Shown here in pieces: positions 57,763-64,000 of a DNA stretch of 64,000 nt. Each line of letters opens with the position of its first letter. Position 1 is the stretch's first letter. The notes under the pieces are model-generated. The model saw only the letters and a list, made by a program, of their open reading frames with translations. It was not told the origin of the DNA and did no database searches. The position numbers and the translations under genes were made by a program. The DNA comes from the human T2T-CHM13v2.0 reference genome, Homo sapiens: assembly GCF_009914755.1 (NCBI RefSeq), contig NC_060932.1, one strand, 5' to 3'.

Positions 57763-58064
57763 ACAGTCACGGTGGCTCACGCCTATAATGCCAGCACTTT
57801 GGGAGGCCGAGGCAGGGAGATCACTTGAGCCCAGGAGTTTGAGACTAAGCAAGCCTGGGCAACACAGGGAGACCTTGTCTCTACTAAAAATAAAAATTAA
57901 AAAATTAACCAGGCAAGGTGACACATTTCTGTAGTCCCAGCTATTCAGGAGGCAGGAGGATCCACTGAGCATAAGATGTTGAGGCTACAGTGAGCCATGT
58001 TCATGACACTGCACTCCAGCCTAGGTGACACAGCGAGACCTTGCCTAAAAAAAAAGAAAAGAAA
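57763..58064 (+). mobile_element. Alu (AluJ-like) with small internal indels
   Basis: cggtggctcacgcctataatgccagcactttgggaggccgagg...cactccagcctaggtgacacagcgagacc plus A tail. Confidence 0.93.
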
Positions 58065-60199
58065 TCCAGAGTAAACTTACCAACTAAATAGAAGCAATGA
58101 AGGAGGAGCCAAGGGTCCCACTAAAGGTTGAAGCTTGGTGACTATAGAAAACTTCACAGCCTGATTAGGCATGGTGAAGGGGCCCTGATAGTAAGGCAGT
58201 ACATTTTCCCCTTTCAGACAAAATGCTTTAAACTAGTGTGGGAAGGGGAGGGGAAGTAATGTGCTCATAAAGGTTTTTTTTTTTTTTTTTTTTTAACTCA
58301 CAAAAAGTATTCATTTTTCCTCATGATTTTAATGGGCTTTTGGTAGTTTTAATAAAACAGTGTTGGGGCTCTGTTTTATTTATAACATTTAGAGCTTATG
58401 TTAGCCTATTAATGTCATTTATGCTGAATAAAGTGGAAATATTTCATGGAATGTGGAATAATGTAAGTCATTTTTATATCTTTCTAAATAAAAAGGATTG
58501 ATTAAACAGAAATACCTATAAACTATTCTTTTGGAACTTCCGTAATGGGACTATCAGGGTGTCTTGCACCTAGTAAGTGTTCAATATGTACTCCTTGAAT
58601 ATGTAAATATAAATAAACCCAGAACTAGGCCATTAGGTGAACTAGACATGAGGTGAAATGGAGCATTCGTGGTGGGTGCCGCTCTTCTGGGAGAACAATG
58701 GGCAGAAGTTCATTTGTCCCTGTCTATAGGACTTTTGGTGAGACAGGATCACCTCCATGCATTTGGCAGGAAGAAGGAAGACAGAGTGCCCCAGCACCAG
58801 CTTATAAGTATTGTGCAACCGTTTCACGGGTATCACAGGAAAGATGGGGTGCCGTGGAACAAATGAAAACTGATTCTCCAATATTCCATTTGGCCTCACC
58901 CTATTACATTCTAATTTTGTGGATATATATAAGAGATTCTTCCCAACAATTAATAGTGTATGCAAAAAGCAGTGTATTTTCAACCCTTGCAAGCAACTTG
59001 GGCAAATTAGAGGGTGGTTTTCTTCACTCTGGAAATAGACTTCTAGAGTATTTAGGGTGATACAACATCTGCTTCCTCTGAGGACAAAAGTGAGGATCAG
59101 AGTAAAGAGATGTATATGAGAACATTACAAAAATATTGGCCATATAAAAGATGCAGTTTATTCCCACGTTACTTACATTTTTCAGTGAATGTACTTTTGC
59201 TATTCTTTCTATGTCCTAGTAACAGCATTGTTAAAAATCCTCCAAAGGGAATTCTGCCTTTGGCTGAAATTATTTACCTTAGTAGAGATGTTTTTAATTC
59301 TAGTTTGTATATGTGAAGTAAACAAAAATAAATGATTTTAAAAATTCAATTTCTTTACCACCAATATCGTCATCCTTCCAAACACACTTTTTATTTTTTT
59401 CAGATTACCGTATATTTTGCACATTTTTTTACTTTTGAATTCTGGTAATCATTTATGAATTAATTGTTCATACTTAAGTTCATTTTCCCCTACTACTTGC
59501 TGTTATCATGTATTGTAATGATGTATTTGCTCTTTTGCACAATTATTTTTTGTTTGAATCATAAGATGTTTATGGCAGTGTGACTTCAGCCTATATGTCA
59601 CCTTTTACACTAGTGATGATTATGACATGCTTCATCTGATTAGTCATGCAGCAAATTTAATGGGTGTGTGGAAAAGAGTACCAATTTGCCACACACTTTT
59701 GAGGCCTTTTAATGATCTTGTGCCAAAATCCTAAAATACATGTGCCATATGCATTATATATTGTTTAGTTTTTCTGATCAAACTTGGGACTATTACAAAA
59801 ATTACAGTGTGATGGTATTGCCATAAAACTTAAGAGTTTAATAGGAAAGTGTTTATGTTCCATAGGGATTTTCATCTTTGTTGATAAGTTTTATTGCTTA
59901 TAGCCTCCATGATACCTACAATGAAAAAGTAATGGTGTTGGCTCATAGCTAGATAGGATTGCTAGCCAGATCTTTATGCAACAAAAATGATTACAGTCAC
60001 TGTGTATCACAAACAGGCAATGGGTGTGTATTATATGCTAAAACCAGATGACTTTTGCTTTCTGAACCTCTTTTTTAGTCCCTGTCTTGTATTGTTCGCA
60101 TCCATTTTGGTGCCTCTTTTCTCTGTCCTTCCTACTCTGCCAACTCTCCTCCCCAATTATTGTCATAATCCTGCTTCAGGATGATAAGCCCTAGTCTCA

Positions 60200-61480
60200 A
60201 TTTCATTGACTTTTGTGATAATTTGGCTTTCACCCTCAATGTTTTTCAGACATCTACACCTAGGTCCATCCTATGACACCTGTCACTGCTTCACTCTCTT
60301 CTGCATTATTAATTTTTCCCTTTCCACTAGCTCATTCCCATCATCATCTCAACCTTCCCTACTTATAAAACCCTCCCTAATGTTACATCTACCTTCAGAT
60401 ACCACCCTATTTCTCTGGTCATTTTTACAGCAGACACTTCTGAGAATTTTCCACACTTGACATCTCCAGTTTTTTCATCTTCTTTTTCCTTTCTACCCAC
60501 GTTCAGGAGGTGTTTGCACTCACACCATTCTACTAAAGAAGCTCCAATCAGGGACTCTGTTGACCTGTTCTTTGGCAAACCTAATGACCAATTCCTAGTC
60601 GGCCTAACTACGATAGCTAGCAGCTTTTAACAAGCTGACCTCTTCCTTCTTTCTGAGATTTTTTTTTTTTTTCACTAGGCTGTCTATACCACATCCTCTC
60701 TTGGTTTTCTCCTACCTCATTCCTGATCAGTTTTCTTCATTGGTGCTTCCTTGTTTTGGGAGGAAATCGTGGGACTCTTTCACCTCAGCACAGGCAGTAA
60801 AAACAATACATTCCCTGTAGGGAACTGAAATAAAGAAAAAACAGCAATAAAACTGACTAAAAGTTGGCCTGCTGTATTTTTGTTTTTACCAGGTACTGGC
60901 ACTTCTAAATATTGTCGATGATAAATCACCTCTTGCATCTGGTTGTAGACTGCTACAGTGCCCCCAGCTTTGGTATGCCTTTTGTAGGAGTGAATCCCAG
61001 GCTCAATCATGGACCCTCATTCTCTAGGTTATCTCATTCAATCTCATCTCAAAAACTTAAACTACCATTAATGCATTGTCCTCTCTTCCCCTCCACTTGC
61101 TCTCTGTTTCTCTATCTCTCTCTCTGTTTCTGCCCCTGTCTCTCCACATACACACACATGCACACACCCCTTCATACCCTTGCCTACTTGACACCTTTAC
61201 TTGCCTATATAAACAAAAAATCTCAAACTAAACATATCCAAACCTTCTTTTTACTCTCACTTGCTCCACCTGCATTTTCCCTCATCTTAGTAAATGGCAT
61301 CTTAATTCTTATTTCTTGGGCCAAAAACATTGGAATAATCATTGATTCTTTTCAGTTTCTCCCATTCCTCATTAGACCCATTGGCAAGTCCTATCTACTG
61401 CTCTTTCAAAATATATACCAGTTTCTCTACTGACTCCTTGGTCCAAGACACCATCATCTCTGACAATATCAACAGTGACC
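60200..61480 (+). mobile_element. L2 LINE fragments (pyrimidine-rich), interrupted
   Basis: L2-like motifs: ctactaaagaagctcc...aaacctaatgaccaattc, atctcaaactaaacatatccaaa, ttccctcatcttagtaaatggcatc, ctgctctttcaaaatatat. Boundaries approximate. Confidence 0.6.
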
Positions 61481-61583
61481 TTATTTTACTTGACTTCTCT
61501 CTATAATTTTATACTTGTGATTCCAAGGTTTTTTTCCTTTGGCCACTATTTTACCAATCACTATCTGATCCTGTGTCTACCTC

Positions 61584-61871
61584 TTTTTTTTTTTTTTTTT
61601 TTTTTGAGATGGTCTCATTATTGCAGTGGCAAGATCATAGCTCACTGCAGCCTCAAACTCCTGGGCTCAAGTGATCCTCCCCACCTCAGTATCCTGAGTA
61701 ACTCGGACTACAGGTGTGCTCCACCATGCCTGGCTAATTTTGTTTTTGTTTGTTGTAGAGATGGGGTCTTACTGTCTTGAACTTCTTGTCTTGAACTTCT
61801 GGCCTCAAGTGATCCCCCATCTTGGCCTCTTAAAGTGCTAGGATTACAGGCATGAGGCACCACTCCCAGCT
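61584..61871 (-). mobile_element. Alu (AluJ-like) with internal deletions
   Basis: Poly(T) followed by gagatggtctc...gctcactgcagcctcaaactcctgggctcaagtgatcc. TSD-like cctcttt on both sides. Confidence 0.92.
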
Positions 61872-63114
61872 CCTCTTTGTTCTTTCTCAGTATCTTTTGT
61901 CATCCTTCAGTGTCACTTAATTTCTTGATTTTTGTTCCCTAGAGTTTTGCCCTTACCCTTCATCGTCCGTACTCTATATATTCTAAGAAGTGTCATTTAC
62001 TCACAAGTCATTGGTTAGTAACATTTTCAAATATATTCAACTCAGTTTTCTCTTCCAAGATCTAGTCCCATAAACTTATATGTTTACTAAACCTCTCTAC
62101 TCAAATTCATGTTCAAAATTGAGCTTATCATCTTTTCTCTTGACCTAATCTTGGACTTTTTAACATTTCTTTTCTCTCCAGTGAAATGACTCTACTACCT
62201 TTCTCTACAATTTCTTCCAGACAGTTATAATTTGAAGTGTGATGGATGCTATAGTGTCTCCTTTTTTTTTTTTTTTTTAACAGTGAGACACCTCTTCCTC
62301 TATTTAATCCTCTGCACAGCATCCCACAGAAGAAAATATGATCATGGCACCTCTGCTTAAAACCCCCCATGCTGCCAAAATCCAAGGAACTCTTTGCCAA
62401 TACATGCATACAGGCACAGGAAAAAATAAATTGGCTATGTCTCAGAAGCCATTTTTTCTGCTGCTCACACAGTCCAAAGAGAGCAGTGTGCCAAATCTCA
62501 TCAATCTGTTTGCTCATTAATGAATGATTTATTAAATAAACATTTCATGGATATGCATAAGTATTGTCTTGAAAATTCATAGCAGGTTCCAATAGCACAT
62601 TTTTCATCTTGGCTCCAAGCTAGCTTCTCTAATCTTCCTTTTCTGGGGCTATGAATACTTTCACTAACTTTTCCTTTCCAGATTTCTTTCACTTATGTTT
62701 GTATCAATCACTGCCTAGGTCAGATCTCATAAGTATAATTTGGTGTATATAACTACATAAATCTGACCTTTTTGAATGTGATGAGATGCAGAAATTTCCA
62801 AGCCAAGCATTATTTACATAGAATTTAGGAAACTTTACTGCATCTTAGGTTAATGGTAAATTTATTTCAACAATTATCATGTTGGTAAAAAACATTATCT
62901 AGTTATCTGAGGATTTTCTTTTATGGTCATATATAATTCACAAAATAAATAACCCAACCTATGAGAAGCAATAATTTCTCCCATGTATACAATTGTAAAG
63001 GGTAGTTTATTATAAGTAGTAGCGATGCATTCCATGGCAGGATATATAAACATTAAATATTTAGGAAGTATAGTAGCAAGATTTTATTTATTTGTTTTGC
63101 ATGCATACCTAGAG

Positions 63115-63230
63115 ATGGTGATAGCAACTTACATTTCATCCTTACAGTGACTAGGTGTGATAGCAAGAAAGAAGGTAATTGTATCCCGATTTTACAGATG
63201 AGGACACTGGTGCCAACATATTAATAGATC
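63115..63230 (-). mobile_element. MIR SINE fragment
   Basis: tatcccgattttacagatgaggacactg. Confidence 0.65.
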
Positions 63231-63693
63231 AGTTTAAATTTTTACAGTTTGAAGAAAAGTGTTCCTTATTGAGCTTCTTATTTTATGCATTTCCTATTGA
63301 ACACTGCCTTTGTGAAAGCTCTAAAGTATTATCTATCTTTGGTTTCATTATGAATTGTTTTCAAGAAAAATAAATGTTTTGTGTCTTAATGGTGTGTTCA
63401 GTAAGGCATATGATTTAGGTGACTGCAACACAGGGAATAATCTAGAAAATTACTCAAATCCAATATTTGTGTACAGATGAAAATTTTTAGTTTTGCAGAC
63501 TGCCACATTTGTAGGCCTATATATTCTGAGATTGTTCGTATCTTCTCATCAAGTTTTTCTCTTACCAGAAGGTGGATGGTGGAAGTTTGGTATGGGGAGC
63601 AGAGGATCCCTTCTTTTGCAAGGAAAAAAACCTACCTAGGGCTGACTTGTCTATTACTACCAGTCCTTCAAAGTTCATATTCTGTCACAGTAA

Positions 63694-64000
63694 TTTTAGT
63701 TTATTTTTATTTTCATTTTTTGAGACAGGGTCTCACTTTGATCCTGAGACTAGAGTGCAGTAGCATGAGTATAGCTCACTGCAACCTCAAACTCCTGGGC
63801 TCAACCAATCCTCCTGCCTCAGCCTCTGGATTAGCTGGGACTACAGGCATGTGCCACTCTACCTGGCTAATTATTTTCATGTTTTGTAGAGACAGGGTCT
63901 CCCTTTGTTGCCAGGCTGCTCTCGAACTCCGGCTCAGGTGATCCTCCTGCTTCGGCCTCCCAAAGTGCTGGGATTACAGGAGTGAGTCACTGCGGGCCTC
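63694..64000 (-). mobile_element. Alu (AluJ-like) at the window edge
   Basis: tttgagacagggtctcact...ctcccaaagtgctgggattacaggagtgagtcactgcg. Confidence 0.93.

Noticed and set aside
58642-59060. Overlapping 116-aa and 135-aa ORFs in a locally GC-richer patch
   Set aside because: No recognisable domain or splice-site framing. Chance ORFs, possibly within an old repeat.
60912-61433. Longest ORF (173 aa)
   Set aside because: Lies in pyrimidine-rich L2 and low-complexity sequence with Leu/Ser/Phe bias, has a non-ATG start, and shows no recognisable domain.

Overview
This is AT-rich primate (very likely human) genomic DNA, not prokaryotic: it carries many Alu, MIR, L2 and MaLR elements and is strongly CpG-depleted. 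The only convincing coding sequence is one 232-nt internal exon on the + strand (17340-17571). It encodes a C2H2 (CX2C-X12-H-X5-H) zinc finger that I recognise as ZFHX4 (zinc finger homeobox 4; probably exon 4). The rest is the two very long flanking introns (>17 kb upstream, >46 kb downstream), with interspersed repeats, microsatellites and two ~16 kb Alu-free blocks that contain CpG- and motif-rich candidate regulatory elements. The other ORFs in the six-frame track look like chance or repeat-derived ORFs. I cannot support a wholly new biological system. The best leads are: a candidate alternative terminal exon with an intronic poly(A) site at ~21273-21530 that would truncate ZFHX4; an ATCRAT (CUT-class motif)/CpG cluster overlapping a possible 22-nt poison microexon at ~47550-47870; a recursive-splice-like site in an antisense MIR; and several template-switch/duplication scars. 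Repeat subfamily calls were made by eye and boundaries of old repeats are approximate.
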